Of a DNA stretch of 64,000 bases, positions 39,195 to 49,227 are shown one piece after another. The notes below the pieces were generated by a model. It was given only the letters and a program-made list of their open reading frames with translations. It was not told where the DNA came from and made no database searches. The first letter of the stretch is position 1, and every line of letters begins with the position of its first letter. The position numbers and the translations under genes are program-made. The DNA comes from an uncultured Victivallales bacterium (GTDB lineage: Bacteria; Verrucomicrobiota; Lentisphaeria; Victivallales; UBA1829), in NCBI GenBank assembly GCA_944390795.1, contig CALXRI010000010.1, positions 537-64,536 of the forward strand, given 5' to 3'.

Positions 39195-39878
39195 ATGAAC
39201 CCGAAGATCCTGATGATTGAAGACGACGCCTCCATCTGCGACATGACGAAGATGAACCTCAACATGAACGGCTTCCAGCAGGTCTACTGCGCCTCGGACG
39301 GCAGGGAGGGGCTTGCCCTTGCGGCGAAACTGCTTCCCGATCTGGTCCTGCTTGACGTCATGCTGCCGGGCATCGACGGACTCACCGTATGCCGGAATCT
39401 CAAAAACAATCCCGCGCTTGCGGATATCCCGATCATCATGCTGACCGCCAAAGGCGAGGAGAACGACATTGTGCTCGGTCTGGAAATGGGGGCGGACGAT
39501 TACATCACGAAACCTTACAGCAGCAAGGTGCTTGCCGCCAGAATCGCAGTTCAGCTCCGTAAGAAATCTTCCCATGGGAGAGCGGTCCGGACCATTGTGC
39601 TGGGCTCGCTTTCCATCGACCTTTCCACCTACAGCGCCACGCTTGACGGACAGGCGCTCATGCTGACTGCCGACGAGTTCCGCACCCTGGCGCTTCTTGC
39701 CGCGAATCCCGGGCGCGTCTTCACGAGGAATCAGATCATCCGCGAGGTCAAGGGAGACAATTATTCCGTTACGGCGCGCGCCATCGACATGCATGTGGTC
39801 AAGCTGCGCCGGAAACTCGGCGACTGGGCGGATCACATCGAAACCATCCGCGGCGTCGGCTACCGGATCGCGGAGTGA
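39195..39878 (+). CDS. Response regulator, OmpR/PhoB family (receiver plus winged-helix)
   Basis: ILMIEDD, the phospho-acceptor context LVLLDVMLPG.DG, the LTAK motif, and a C-terminal trans_reg_C (LT..EF.LL..L..N.GRVF.R..I ... VD.H...LR.KL ... I.T.RGVGY). The ATG at 39195 has a GGAGGAG SD. Confidence 0.9.
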   Translation: MNPKILMIEDDASICDMTKMNLNMNGFQQVYCASDGREGLALAAKLLPDLVLLDVMLPGIDGLTVCRNLKNNPALADIPIIMLTAKGEENDIVLGLEMGADDYITKPYSSKVLAARIAVQLRKKSSHGRAVRTIVLGSLSIDLSTYSATLDGQALMLTADEFRTLALLAANPGRVFTRNQIIREVKGDNYSVTARAIDMHVVKLRRKLGDWADHIETIRGVGYRIAE

Positions 39879-39881
39879 GTC

Positions 39882-41657
39882 ATGGCGCGGAAAGACACGG
39901 TTCTGCTGTTCGTTCCCGCAATCATCGGAGGGATCATCATCCTGTCCATTTTCCTGCTGGATATTCAGCTTGCCAATTTTCAGGACGCCTATTTCGAGGA
40001 GGTCGCCGAGGAGACGAAGCGCAACAATTTCTATCTTGTCCGCGTTTTTCGCGACCTGCTCGAATCCAACCAGCTCGGGAAAATGCACCGGATGCTCAAC
40101 AGCAACCACGGTCCCAATCCCATGATCGTCAAGATCATCGCCCGCGGCAAAGGAGTCATCACGGAGACGGAGGGTGTGCCCGCATATCTGGTCGAACACA
40201 TCCGCGAGCCGGAAATCAAGGATATTTTCAAGACGAACCGCGAAGAGAACGTTCTGGTAAAATTCGACCGCAATCTGAATTCCTTCATGATTTACCATTC
40301 CGTGCGCTTTCATGCGCGCGGGCAGGATTACGTTCTCGTGATGGCTTCGAAATGCAACAGCATGACGATCCTGATGCGGCAGACCCGGCTCGGGATTCTG
40401 ATTCTCAGCCTGCTCGGAATTCTCTCCACGCTGGCGCTGGTGACCTATTTCATCTTCTGGATCCGTTCGCCGCTGAACCGGCTTTTTGCAAGCATGTCCA
40501 AAATCTCAGCCGGAGAACTGGAATATCCGGTTTATGTTCCGAAAAGCGGGCTGATCCGCGAGATCGCCCTCTGCCTTCAGTCTCTTACCGAGCAGCTGAA
40601 GAAGCAGATTCTTTCCCTCCGCGACGGCGCCAATGAGCGGGAAGCGATTTTCAATGCCCTGACCGAGGCTGTGATGCTTGTCGATTCCGACGGAAGAGTC
40701 CGCCAGTGGAACCGGACCGCCGAGGAGCTCTTTTATACTGGACATGGCACGGGGCGGTTGCAGGATGGGCTTGCAAGTCCGGAAGAGCTCCGGGACTTTC
40801 TGAACCGGGCCTCCGAGACCGGCGAATATTCCGGAGAACTTGCGCTCCGGCGCGGGGAGCAGACTTTTCAGCTTCTGGTCAATGCCGTCTCTTTCACGCG
40901 GGACAACCGCCGTTCCTTTCTGATCTCCGCCACCGATCTTTCCGATATCCGCAAGCTCGAAGCCTACCGCAGCGACTTCATTGCCGCGATTTCCCATGAA
41001 ATGAAGACCCCGCTGACCGGAATTGTCGGCGCGGTCGATGCCATCAACAACGGTGCTCTCGACAACACCGACTACAAGGCGCGCTGCATCGAAACCCTGA
41101 CGCGCCAGTCCGAGCGTCTCCATTCTCTGCTTCTGAACTTCCTGACCCTGACCTCCCTGGAAAACATGCGAAAGGGCACGGAGGAGAATTTTCTTCCGCT
41201 CCGCTCCACCGCCGTGCTCCGGAGCTCCGTCGAGGTCTGCCGTCCTGCCGCCGCGCATGCCGGGATCGAGCTGCGGACCGGCGAATGCCAGGCCGTGGAA
41301 TTTTCCGGAGACTTCCTCCTGATTCAGCAGGCGCTCAACAATCTGATCTCCAATGCCGTGCTTCACAGCGGCGCGAAGCGCATCACCGTTTCCGCCGTCC
41401 GGGACGGCGGGCATGTCGACTTCCGCGTGCATGACGACGGAGCGGGAATACCCCCGGAGCACCAGACTCGGATCTTTCAGCGTTTCTACCGGGTTCCCGC
41501 CGGAGGCAGGAAACAGAACGGCAGCGGCATCGGGCTTGCCATTGTAAAACAGATTGCCATTTACCACAGCGGATCCGTTTCCGTGCATTCCTCTCCCGGC
41601 GCCGGGACGGAGTTTCATCTCGTTCTTCCGCTTGAGCCTCCGCGTTTGTCGGACTGA
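39882..41657 (+). CDS. Sensor histidine kinase (2 TM, periplasmic domain, HAMP, PAS, HisKA, HATPase_c)
   Basis: H-box FIAAISHEMKTPLT, N-box NLISNAVLHS, G-boxes HDDGAGIP and GSGIGLAIV, and two predicted TM helices flanking about 150 aa. It starts 3 nt after the regulator's stop. Confidence 0.9.
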   Translation: MARKDTVLLFVPAIIGGIIILSIFLLDIQLANFQDAYFEEVAEETKRNNFYLVRVFRDLLESNQLGKMHRMLNSNHGPNPMIVKIIARGKGVITETEGVPAYLVEHIREPEIKDIFKTNREENVLVKFDRNLNSFMIYHSVRFHARGQDYVLVMASKCNSMTILMRQTRLGILILSLLGILSTLALVTYFIFWIRSPLNRLFASMSKISAGELEYPVYVPKSGLIREIALCLQSLTEQLKKQILSLRDGANEREAIFNALTEAVMLVDSDGRVRQWNRTAEELFYTGHGTGRLQDGLASPEELRDFLNRASETGEYSGELALRRGEQTFQLLVNAVSFTRDNRRSFLISATDLSDIRKLEAYRSDFIAAISHEMKTPLTGIVGAVDAINNGALDNTDYKARCIETLTRQSERLHSLLLNFLTLTSLENMRKGTEENFLPLRSTAVLRSSVEVCRPAAAHAGIELRTGECQAVEFSGDFLLIQQALNNLISNAVLHSGAKRITVSAVRDGGHVDFRVHDDGAGIPPEHQTRIFQRFYRVPAGGRKQNGSGIGLAIVKQIAIYHSGSVSVHSSPGAGTEFHLVLPLEPPRLSD

Positions 41658-41667
41658 AATCAATATT

Positions 41668-41685
41668 TTGTCAAAATATTGTCAA
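41668..41685 (+). promoter_or_regulatory. Pho-box-like tandem direct repeat (candidate binding site for the adjacent OmpR/PhoB-family regulator)
   Basis: TTGTCAA (41668-41674), AATA, then TTGTCAA (41679-41685): two identical 7-mers with 11-bp periodicity and an A/T spacer. It lies in the 130-nt gap between the kinase gene and the RND adaptor gene. Confidence 0.4.
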
Positions 41686-41786
41686 GATTATTGAAGAGTT
41701 TGCGTCCTCGTGATATTTTACTTGTCGAAATGTTTACGGCTTGGGATATTTTCCGGAAATCAGCGCGAAAGAAGGATGGAGGTTGC

Positions 41787-42953
41787 ATGAACAGATCTTT
41801 TTATTCTCTGACTGTCGTCTTGTCGCTGGGGCTGGCGCTTGGCGGCGGCTGTTCGAAGGAGCGGCAGAAAAATGTTGCGGAGCGTGAGATCCGCGTGACC
41901 CTGGAGCCTTTGCAGAAACGGGTGTTCCGGAGGCAGATTCCCGTGCAGGGCACGGTCTGGCCGGTGGAGTATGCGACGATTTCGGCCAAGATCAGCGGCA
42001 CGCTGGAACTTCTGAAAGTTGACGAGGGCGATGTAAGGAAAAAAGGCGATGTACTGTTCGGCATCGATCGGCAGATCCTGAAGAACCAGGTCACGGTATG
42101 CGAGGACGAGATCAAGGTCAAGCAGGCCGAGCTGGAGAGTTCGAAGATCGCCCTGGAAAATGCGAAAATCTCCGACCGGAAGGCTACGCTGGATTATGAA
42201 CGCTATCTGAGCCTCTGGCGTTCCAAGGTCACCAGCCAGGCGGATTTTGAAACCTATGAAACTGCCTACAAGAAAGCCAAGACAGATGTAAGAACCGCAC
42301 AGGCTGCCATTTCCAACGCAAAGGCGCAGCTGAAGCAGGCCGAGGGAAATCTGATTATCGCCAGGAAGAATCTGGCGGACTCCGTGCTCGAGGCGCCCTT
42401 CGACTGCATTGTCGTGGACAAATACGTCGAGGAGAATGAATATGTCACTGTCGGGCAGAACATTCTCAAGATCGAAAACCAGAAGAAACTGGAAGTGATC
42501 TGTTACATCAGTTCGATCTACTACGACATTGTCACGGCGGGGAAGACTCCTGTGGAATTCGCGCTGGACGGCGAACGGAAAGGCAAAGGCGTCGTCACCT
42601 ACAAGGCGCCGAGCATCGATCCGGAAAGCCGCACCTTCAAGCTGAAGGCCCTGGTTCCCCCGGAAACGCATCTGGTCAGCGGCACTCTCTGCGACCTGAA
42701 CATCATTCTTGAGGAAAAAGAGGCTTACGGTCTCCCCGCCGACGCGCTGCTGCTGCGCGCGAATGACCGTTATATCGTTTACGCGGTGGACGCCGATAAC
42801 CGTGCGAAGAGTTTTGATGTTGTCCGCGGCATTGTGGACGGCAAATACTGCGAAGTCGTCAACGCCTCCGATCTTCTCAAGGAACGCTTCGTTGTCACCG
42901 GGCAGACCTTTGTCAACAACGGTTCGCTCCTTCGCGCCATCAAGCCGGAATAA
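41787..42953 (+). CDS. RND efflux periplasmic adaptor (membrane fusion protein, HlyD/AcrA family), lipoprotein
   Basis: Lipobox LALGGGC after a signal peptide, a coiled-coil hairpin region (AELESSKIALENAK ... AKAQLKQAEGNL), and beta-barrel and MP domains typical of MFPs. Confidence 0.85.
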   Translation: MNRSFYSLTVVLSLGLALGGGCSKERQKNVAEREIRVTLEPLQKRVFRRQIPVQGTVWPVEYATISAKISGTLELLKVDEGDVRKKGDVLFGIDRQILKNQVTVCEDEIKVKQAELESSKIALENAKISDRKATLDYERYLSLWRSKVTSQADFETYETAYKKAKTDVRTAQAAISNAKAQLKQAEGNLIIARKNLADSVLEAPFDCIVVDKYVEENEYVTVGQNILKIENQKKLEVICYISSIYYDIVTAGKTPVEFALDGERKGKGVVTYKAPSIDPESRTFKLKALVPPETHLVSGTLCDLNIILEEKEAYGLPADALLLRANDRYIVYAVDADNRAKSFDVVRGIVDGKYCEVVNASDLLKERFVVTGQTFVNNGSLLRAIKPE

Positions 42954-42968
42954 GGGGGGACGCCACTT

Positions 42969-45900
42969 ATGTTTTTAAGCAGATGGTCTGTTCAGCGGCC
43001 GATCGCGATGACCGCGCTCATCATTATTCTTGTCATGATCGGGTTGAACTTTTATCCGAAAATCAGCATCGACCTGCTTCCGAACATGGAAATCCCCATG
43101 GTTCTGGTGCGCTGCGAATACGACGGAGCCAGTCCCACTGAAATCGAGGTGGAAATCGCAAAACGGATCGAAGACGCGGTCTCTTCCATCGACGGAATCA
43201 AGCATATCACCAGCGTTTCGATCGAGGACGAGGCGCGCGTGCAGCTTGAGTTCAACATGGGAACCGATGTCGACATCGCGGCGATGGACGTCCGCGAAGC
43301 GCTGAACCGCATCCGCACGGATCTGCCGGACGGCGCGGACGAACCGACGATCCGCAAGATCGATACCAACGCCACGACTGTGGTGCAGGCGTTTCTCGTT
43401 GGCGACCGCACGCAGGATGACCTCTATGACTATGCCGACGACGTGATCGCGGACCGTTTCTCCTCTGTCCCCGGCGTCGGAGAGGTCCGCGTCTACGGCG
43501 CGAATGAAATGCAGATTCATGTTCTTCTGAACCGTGAAAAACTCACAGCAATGAATCTCTCGATCAATGATGTCGTGGACAAACTGCGCGAGAACAACAT
43601 CCGCGAACCGCTCGGCCGGATTCAGTTCGACAAGGTGGAGAAGAACGTCACCTTTGACGGCGATTTCAAGGACTTCGAGCAGATCAAGGCGCTTGAAGTC
43701 GGCAAGTTCAAGAACAAGCGCATCTATCTGCGCGACGTCGCCGATGTGAAATTCATGAGCCGGGAGGTCCGCAGCAAGGCGTATGTGAACGGCGAGCCCG
43801 CCGCCCGTTTCCGCATTGTCAAGAAGGGCGAGGCGAATGCGATCCAGGTCATCAACGGCATCCGCGACCGTTTCAACTCGATGGTGCGCAGCGGCGAACT
43901 GCCGACCGGCATGAAGCTGGTCTGGTTCACCGACTCCGGCGCGTTCATTCAGGCGTCCGTGGACGACGCGTGGAGCAGCATCCTGACCGGCATTCTCCTG
44001 ACCGCCGTGCTGCTGTTCCTCTTCCTGCACGAACCCCGCTCGACATTCATCGTGATGATTTCGATGCCGATTTCGGTGATTGTCACGTTCGCCGTGATGG
44101 CGTATTTCAATTATTCCTTCAACATCATGACGCTCCTCTCCCTCGGCTGTTCCGTCGGCGTCCTGGTGACGAACTCGATCGTCGTGATTGAAAACATCTT
44201 CAAGCATCTTGACCGCGGCGAGGCGATCAAGACCGCCGCCGAGCGCGGAACAGGAGAAGTGATCGCGGCGGTTTCCGCAAGCGCCCTGACGAACGTCGTC
44301 GTGTTCGTTCCGGTTATGATGATGACCACCCGGATCGGGCAGATGATGATTCCTTTCGCCGGCGTGATGGTCGGCGCGACACTGGTTTCGCTGTTCATCA
44401 GCTTCACCCTGACGCCGATTCTTGCCTGCGTGCTCCTGAAAAAGAAGAAGGATCCGGAAAATCAGAAGAAGACTTTCCTGCAGCGCATGTTCGTTCCCTG
44501 GGATCTCGGATATGACTGGCTCTGCCGGAAATTCGACCGGAGCATCGAATGGACCGCCCGGCATCCCAAGACCCTGATTCTGGCGGTGCTGGCGCTTTCC
44601 GCGGCCACTGTGATCTGGATTGTTCCGCAGGTCGGACTCTCCTTCCTGCCGTTCTGCGACCAGGGGGAGATCCGGATCAAGTTCGAATTCCCGACAAACT
44701 ACAACCTTGACACGACCAATAAACTGATTCTCGAGGCGGCGGACCATCTGAAGAAATTCGACTTCATCCGCGGCATGTCCATCTCCGTCGGCGATTCCGA
44801 CGGCGGCAGCGGCCAGGTCAGCTCCGCCGTTTATATCGGTCAGATCAATTTGCGCACGACGGACAAGATCGAGCGCAAGGAGTCCATCTATGCGCTGCAG
44901 GCGCTGCTCCGCAAGGAACTTTCCTATCTGGACAATTGCCGCATCACTCTTTCCATTCCCGCCACTTTCGGCGGAAGCGGCGCGGAAATCCGCTGCGTGA
45001 TGAACGGTCCCGACCTGGACGTCCTGGAACACGCCGAAATGCAGTTGATGGAGAATCTGCCCGCCCTCGGCATTACCCGCGACCTGGACTCCAGCCGCCG
45101 GGAACGCAAGCCGAACATCAACATCACGCCGCGGCGGACCGTTCTGCAGAATCTGGGAATGTCGGCAAACGAACTCTACGAGTATCTGCTCGGCTCGCTT
45201 GACGGAATCGAAGTCGGCGACTACCGCGCCGGCGCGCGCACGTTCGACATCCGCGTGAAGAACCAGAAGGAGTACGGTGAGGCGCAGCTCCGGCAGGCCG
45301 CTCCGGCCGTCAAGGACAACAACCCGCTCGGCGCCGAAGCCCTGGCGGAGATCACAGAGGATACCCGTCCCGTCGTGGTCAACCGCTACGACAAGGTCCG
45401 TACGATGTGGCTGTATGCGAACACCGCCCCCGGCATGGCGCTCGGCACGGTTTCCAGCGCGATCGGCAAGATGGCGCAGGAGGCGCTGCCGCCCGGATAC
45501 GGCGTCAGAATGAGCGGAAACGTCGAGCTGATGAACGAGACCGCGCGTGAATTCCTGCAGGTGATTCTGCTGGCGGCCGTTCTGACGTATCTTCTGATTG
45601 CGGCGATCATGGAGTCATGGACGCGTCCCTTCCTCATCATGTTCACGGTTCCGCTCGGGTTCCTCGGCATGTATGCGACCCTCTGGGCGACCCGGATGTC
45701 CATGTCGATGATGGGGCTGCTCGGCGGCGTGATGATGATCGGCATCGTGGTGAACAACGCGATTCTGATTATGGACGAATGCGCCACGCTGGTCAATTCC
45801 GGCGTGACGACGCACAAGGCGATGCTTCTTGCGACGCAGTCGAAGTTCCGTCCGATCGTCATGACCAGTATCGCGTCGGTTGCCGGCATGCTGCCGATGG

Positions 45901-46121
45901 CGCTGGGAAGTGGTCTCGGCTCGGAACTGCGCTCCAGCTGCGGCATGGGCGTGGTCGGCGGACTTACCATCGCCTCGTTCCTGACCTTGTATGTGATTCC
46001 GGCTCTCTACTTTATTTTCGTGCATGACACCGCGAAACCGAGACGGAACCGGATCCGGCGCTTTCTGATGAAACTTCGCGGAAAACTTCTGTCTTCCAGA
46101 AAAGGCAGAGCCGCAGTCTGA
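42969..46121 (+). CDS. RND efflux transporter permease (AcrB/HAE-type, 12 TM)
   Basis: 1050 aa with the N-terminal FLSRWSVQRPIAMT motif, two large periplasmic loops, a duplicated 6-TM architecture and a conserved TM4 region (SLGCSVGVLVTNSIVVIENI). Confidence 0.9.
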   Translation: MFLSRWSVQRPIAMTALIIILVMIGLNFYPKISIDLLPNMEIPMVLVRCEYDGASPTEIEVEIAKRIEDAVSSIDGIKHITSVSIEDEARVQLEFNMGTDVDIAAMDVREALNRIRTDLPDGADEPTIRKIDTNATTVVQAFLVGDRTQDDLYDYADDVIADRFSSVPGVGEVRVYGANEMQIHVLLNREKLTAMNLSINDVVDKLRENNIREPLGRIQFDKVEKNVTFDGDFKDFEQIKALEVGKFKNKRIYLRDVADVKFMSREVRSKAYVNGEPAARFRIVKKGEANAIQVINGIRDRFNSMVRSGELPTGMKLVWFTDSGAFIQASVDDAWSSILTGILLTAVLLFLFLHEPRSTFIVMISMPISVIVTFAVMAYFNYSFNIMTLLSLGCSVGVLVTNSIVVIENIFKHLDRGEAIKTAAERGTGEVIAAVSASALTNVVVFVPVMMMTTRIGQMMIPFAGVMVGATLVSLFISFTLTPILACVLLKKKKDPENQKKTFLQRMFVPWDLGYDWLCRKFDRSIEWTARHPKTLILAVLALSAATVIWIVPQVGLSFLPFCDQGEIRIKFEFPTNYNLDTTNKLILEAADHLKKFDFIRGMSISVGDSDGGSGQVSSAVYIGQINLRTTDKIERKESIYALQALLRKELSYLDNCRITLSIPATFGGSGAEIRCVMNGPDLDVLEHAEMQLMENLPALGITRDLDSSRRERKPNINITPRRTVLQNLGMSANELYEYLLGSLDGIEVGDYRAGARTFDIRVKNQKEYGEAQLRQAAPAVKDNNPLGAEALAEITEDTRPVVVNRYDKVRTMWLYANTAPGMALGTVSSAIGKMAQEALPPGYGVRMSGNVELMNETAREFLQVILLAAVLTYLLIAAIMESWTRPFLIMFTVPLGFLGMYATLWATRMSMSMMGLLGGVMMIGIVVNNAILIMDECATLVNSGVTTHKAMLLATQSKFRPIVMTSIASVAGMLPMALGSGLGSELRSSCGMGVVGGLTIASFLTLYVIPALYFIFVHDTAKPRRNRIRRFLMKLRGKLLSSRKGRAAV

Positions 46122-46126
46122 TTTCC

Positions 46127-46209
46127 GGAACGGAAAAGAAAAGCAAAGGCCCCGGCGATGTTGCAACCGGCGTGGCCTTTGATGTCTGAGTCTTTTCTTT
46201 TTCCGTTCC
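46127..46209. terminator. Nested long stem-loop between convergent genes (candidate bidirectional terminator)
   Basis: The outer arms GGAACGGAAAAGAAAAG (46127-46143) and CTTTTCTTTTTCCGTTCC (46192-46209) are complementary apart from a 1-nt bulge. The inner hairpin is CAAAGGCC...GGCCTTTG (46144-46181). It lies between the RND stop and the CE15 stop. Confidence 0.5.
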
Positions 46210-46227
46210 CGTTTTCCGGTGATGGGA

Positions 46228-47454
46228 TTATCTCCCGAAGAGTTTTCCGGCAAGATCCCAGTAGTGGAGCCAGTCCCCGCGTGTCTGGTCGTGCTTTCCT
46301 GTCCGCAGATGATAGCTGATTTCCCCGGTCACCGGCTGATCCGGCGGCGGCATCGCATCCGTGCCGAGTCCTTCCGCACCGAAAAGACGGTAGACTTCCG
46401 AAGCGTAAACTCCGGAGAGGAATTCTCCTTTCGGATCCGCCCACAGATCCTCGGTCGCGCTGGCGATGCAGACCGGGCGCGGGGCGATCAGGGAGATCAG
46501 CCAGTGCTGGTCGAATGGCAGTGCCGCCTCGTTGTTGATGTAGCGCTGCAGACCGCTGACGAACCAGTAGGGCGCCAGCGCCAGAATGGCCTCGAGATTT
46601 TCTCCGAAACAGCGTTTGAAGAGCGCCGCGCCGCCACAGCCGGAGTCGTTCGAAATGACCAGACGGAAGCGCGGATCCGTTGCGCCTGCCCAGAGCGCGG
46701 TCTTGCCGAGCCGGGAGTGTCCGTGGACGACAGCTTTCGACGCGTCGACGGAAGGTTCGTTTTCCAGGCAGTCCAGCATGCGGGAGAGTCCCCATGCCCA
46801 GGCGCTGATGGAAGACGCGTGTTTATGAATCGATTCCGCAGGTTCTTCCGGATAGAAGAGCCCGTAGACGCAGCGATGCCATCCCTCCTCGCTGCAGAAG
46901 TCCGGATAAATGTCGTGATAACAGGCTGTCGCGGAGGCGTAGCCGCGCCGGATGGTTTCGCGGAATTGCCAGCGGTGAACCTGAACGGCGTGTCCCTCGG
47001 GCTCCACCAGTTCGCCCGCGATGTTTCTTCCGGTCATCATGACGTCCGTTTCATCGGTTGTTGCATGGTTGCCTTTGAAGTTGAGTCCGAGAAAGACGGG
47101 CGGCGGAAGTTTTGCGTTTTTCGGGATGTAAAGCAGCATGACGAATGAATGCGATCCGGCGCCGTTCATCTCAAGATGAATCCGGATTTCCTTGCGGATT
47201 GCGGTGTTGTCGAGAGCGTCATCCCGGACGGAAAGGGTTTCAAAGCGGATTTTGTCCGGGCGCGGCGGAAGCTGGCCGTAAACTTCCTTTTTGTAGAAAT
47301 CGAGCACTTCTCCGCGGCGGCGGTTCACCCATTCATATGCGGTCGTAACGCGTCCGCCGTCAGGCCGTTCCAGCGGCGAAGGAAGCTCGAATGCGGGAAC
47401 TTTTGATTCGTCGTAATTGATATCCTTCCTGATTTCTTCCTGTGAGCGAGGCAT
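46228..47454 (-). CDS. Carbohydrate esterase family 15 (glucuronoyl esterase)
   Basis: Bacterial CE15 N-terminus (YDESKVPAFELPSPL..DG..V.T..EW...RR.EVL.FY...VYG), nucleophile motif VVHGHSRLGKTALW, and a late HLRTGKHD..RGDW block. No signal peptide. Confidence 0.8.
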   Translation of the reverse strand: MPRSQEEIRKDINYDESKVPAFELPSPLERPDGGRVTTAYEWVNRRRGEVLDFYKKEVYGQLPPRPDKIRFETLSVRDDALDNTAIRKEIRIHLEMNGAGSHSFVMLLYIPKNAKLPPPVFLGLNFKGNHATTDETDVMMTGRNIAGELVEPEGHAVQVHRWQFRETIRRGYASATACYHDIYPDFCSEEGWHRCVYGLFYPEEPAESIHKHASSISAWAWGLSRMLDCLENEPSVDASKAVVHGHSRLGKTALWAGATDPRFRLVISNDSGCGGAALFKRCFGENLEAILALAPYWFVSGLQRYINNEAALPFDQHWLISLIAPRPVCIASATEDLWADPKGEFLSGVYASEVYRLFGAEGLGTDAMPPPDQPVTGEISYHLRTGKHDQTRGDWLHYWDLAGKLFGR

Positions 47455-47724
47455 TTTTTTCTCCCTGATTTGATTTTCCGGATATATCTCTGAGTAAAAT
47501 ACATTGTTTGATCCGGATTTCCAGATGCGGGGAAAGAAATTTCATTCTTTCGCTTTCTTTTTCCTCATCCGCCTTCCGAAGCAGTTCCCTCCGACCGGAG
47601 AAATGGAGGTTCCATCTGCAAAATTGACGGAATTCCTCCGGGAGGATTTGACAAAAGATCATTTAACGTATACTGTATACAATCTGAAGATCGCAGCAAC
47701 ATTCAAACTTATCAGGAGCAGCAA

Positions 47725-48519
47725 GTGAGAAGTTCATGGAATGATTTCCCCGTTCCGAACGGGAACAGCTATCAGGCGTTTCAGGTTCACGCCTATGCGG
47801 ATTCATCCGATCCGGATCAGACACTCTATCTGACACTGCCGCGGGAAGGGAAAAAGCATCCGCTGGTTGTTTTTTTTCATGGAGGCGGAATGACCGGAGG
47901 CGATCGGGAATGTCCGGATGAAATCTACGACGGAAGATTCGCCGTCGCCGAGCCGCGCTACCGCCTTTCCCCCGCAGCAAAGGCTCCCGCGCAGATTGAG
48001 GATGCGGCGCGCGCAATTGCGTGGTGCTTCGCTCATGCCGAGGAGTTCGGGATTGACAGGAGCAGAATTTTCATCGGGGGAATGTCGGCGGGCTCCTATC
48101 TTGCGGCAATCTCGGTCATGAACCCGAAGTTTCTCGCGCCTTACGGACTGCATTACAGGGATATTGCCGGGCTTCTGCTGATCAGCGGGCAGATGACGGC
48201 GCATTTTCATGTCAAGGTTGATCTCGGACGTGACAACGGGCCGTACAATCCGCTGATTGACGAGTATGCGCCGCTTGGAAATCTTGCCGTCGATCTGCCG
48301 CCGATCCTGATGGTCACGGGGGAATCCGGGCTCGACATGCCGGCGCGTCCCGAGGAGAACGCATTCATGGCGGCGAGCCTGCGGGCGATCGGGCACAAGT
48401 TCGTCCGCTGCTATCAGCTTCCCGGACACCATCACGGAGCGGCTCTTGACAGCTGCGGTTTTCTTGTCATGAATTTCATCAATCAGGTTTTAACGGAACG
48501 GGAGACAGCCCATGGATGA
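47725..48519 (+). CDS. Alpha/beta-hydrolase fold esterase (HGGG-type)
   Basis: Oxyanion motif VVFFHGGGMTGG and nucleophile elbow GGMSAGS. The GTG start at 47725 has AGGAG 8 nt upstream. Confidence 0.65.
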   Translation: MRSSWNDFPVPNGNSYQAFQVHAYADSSDPDQTLYLTLPREGKKHPLVVFFHGGGMTGGDRECPDEIYDGRFAVAEPRYRLSPAAKAPAQIEDAARAIAWCFAHAEEFGIDRSRIFIGGMSAGSYLAAISVMNPKFLAPYGLHYRDIAGLLLISGQMTAHFHVKVDLGRDNGPYNPLIDEYAPLGNLAVDLPPILMVTGESGLDMPARPEENAFMAASLRAIGHKFVRCYQLPGHHHGAALDSCGFLVMNFINQVLTERETAHG

Positions 48520-49225
48520 ATTCTGCAATCTCGGGATTTTTGCCAGGATTCGCGCAGGAAAAACCATTCGTGTCTGCGCATTCGGCTCATCCAACACGGA
48601 ACGTTTCGATACGGGGATGCACTGGTTCGACTATGTGGAGCTTGGATTCAAGAACACTTTCGGCGGCGGGGTCGGGCAGTTCATCAACACCGGGATCAGC
48701 GGGAACACCTCCTCGCAGATGCTGGAGCGTTTCGAGCGGGACGTCGCGCCGTATTCGCCCGATCTGACGATCGTGACATGCGGCGGAAACGATTCCAACC
48801 CGTCCCGCAATGTTTCCGAAAGCCTTTTCCGGGAAAATCTCCGCAGAATCGCCGGACTTCTGACGGCTTCCGGAGGCGAAGTCATATTCCAGACCTACTA
48901 TGCCTGTGATCTGGAACGTCTTGAGCCCGCTTATGCCGGGGCGATTCCGCGCTACATGCGGATCATCCGCGAGACGGCGGCGGAACTGAACTGCCTTGTC
49001 AGCGACAACTATTCCCGCTGGGAGCGTCTGCGCCTTTCCTCCCCGGACGTTTATCGTCTTCTGATGCGCGACAACATGCATGTCAACCAGTACGGCAATA
49101 TGGTGATCGGGCTGGATCTCATGCGGAAGTTCGGATTCAGACTTGCCGACGACAAGCGTGATTTCTGCCGGACCGGACTGATCGCAAGGTATGCGATGGA
49201 CCTTCTTGAGGAGAGGGAGCGCTGA
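48512..49225 (+). CDS. SGNH/GDSL-family hydrolase (acetylesterase-like)
   Basis: Block I AFGSSNT, block II GISGNT, block III CGGNDS and block V DNMHVN. It overlaps the upstream esterase gene by 8 nt. Confidence 0.75.
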   Translation: MDEFCNLGIFARIRAGKTIRVCAFGSSNTERFDTGMHWFDYVELGFKNTFGGGVGQFINTGISGNTSSQMLERFERDVAPYSPDLTIVTCGGNDSNPSRNVSESLFRENLRRIAGLLTASGGEVIFQTYYACDLERLEPAYAGAIPRYMRIIRETAAELNCLVSDNYSRWERLRLSSPDVYRLLMRDNMHVNQYGNMVIGLDLMRKFGFRLADDKRDFCRTGLIARYAMDLLEERER

Positions 49226-49227
49226 GA

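Noticed and set aside
42975-45032. A 685-aa ORF antisense to the RND permease.
   Set aside because: The sense strand encodes a canonical 12-TM RND protein. The antisense product is charged and low-complexity, which is implausible for a protein.
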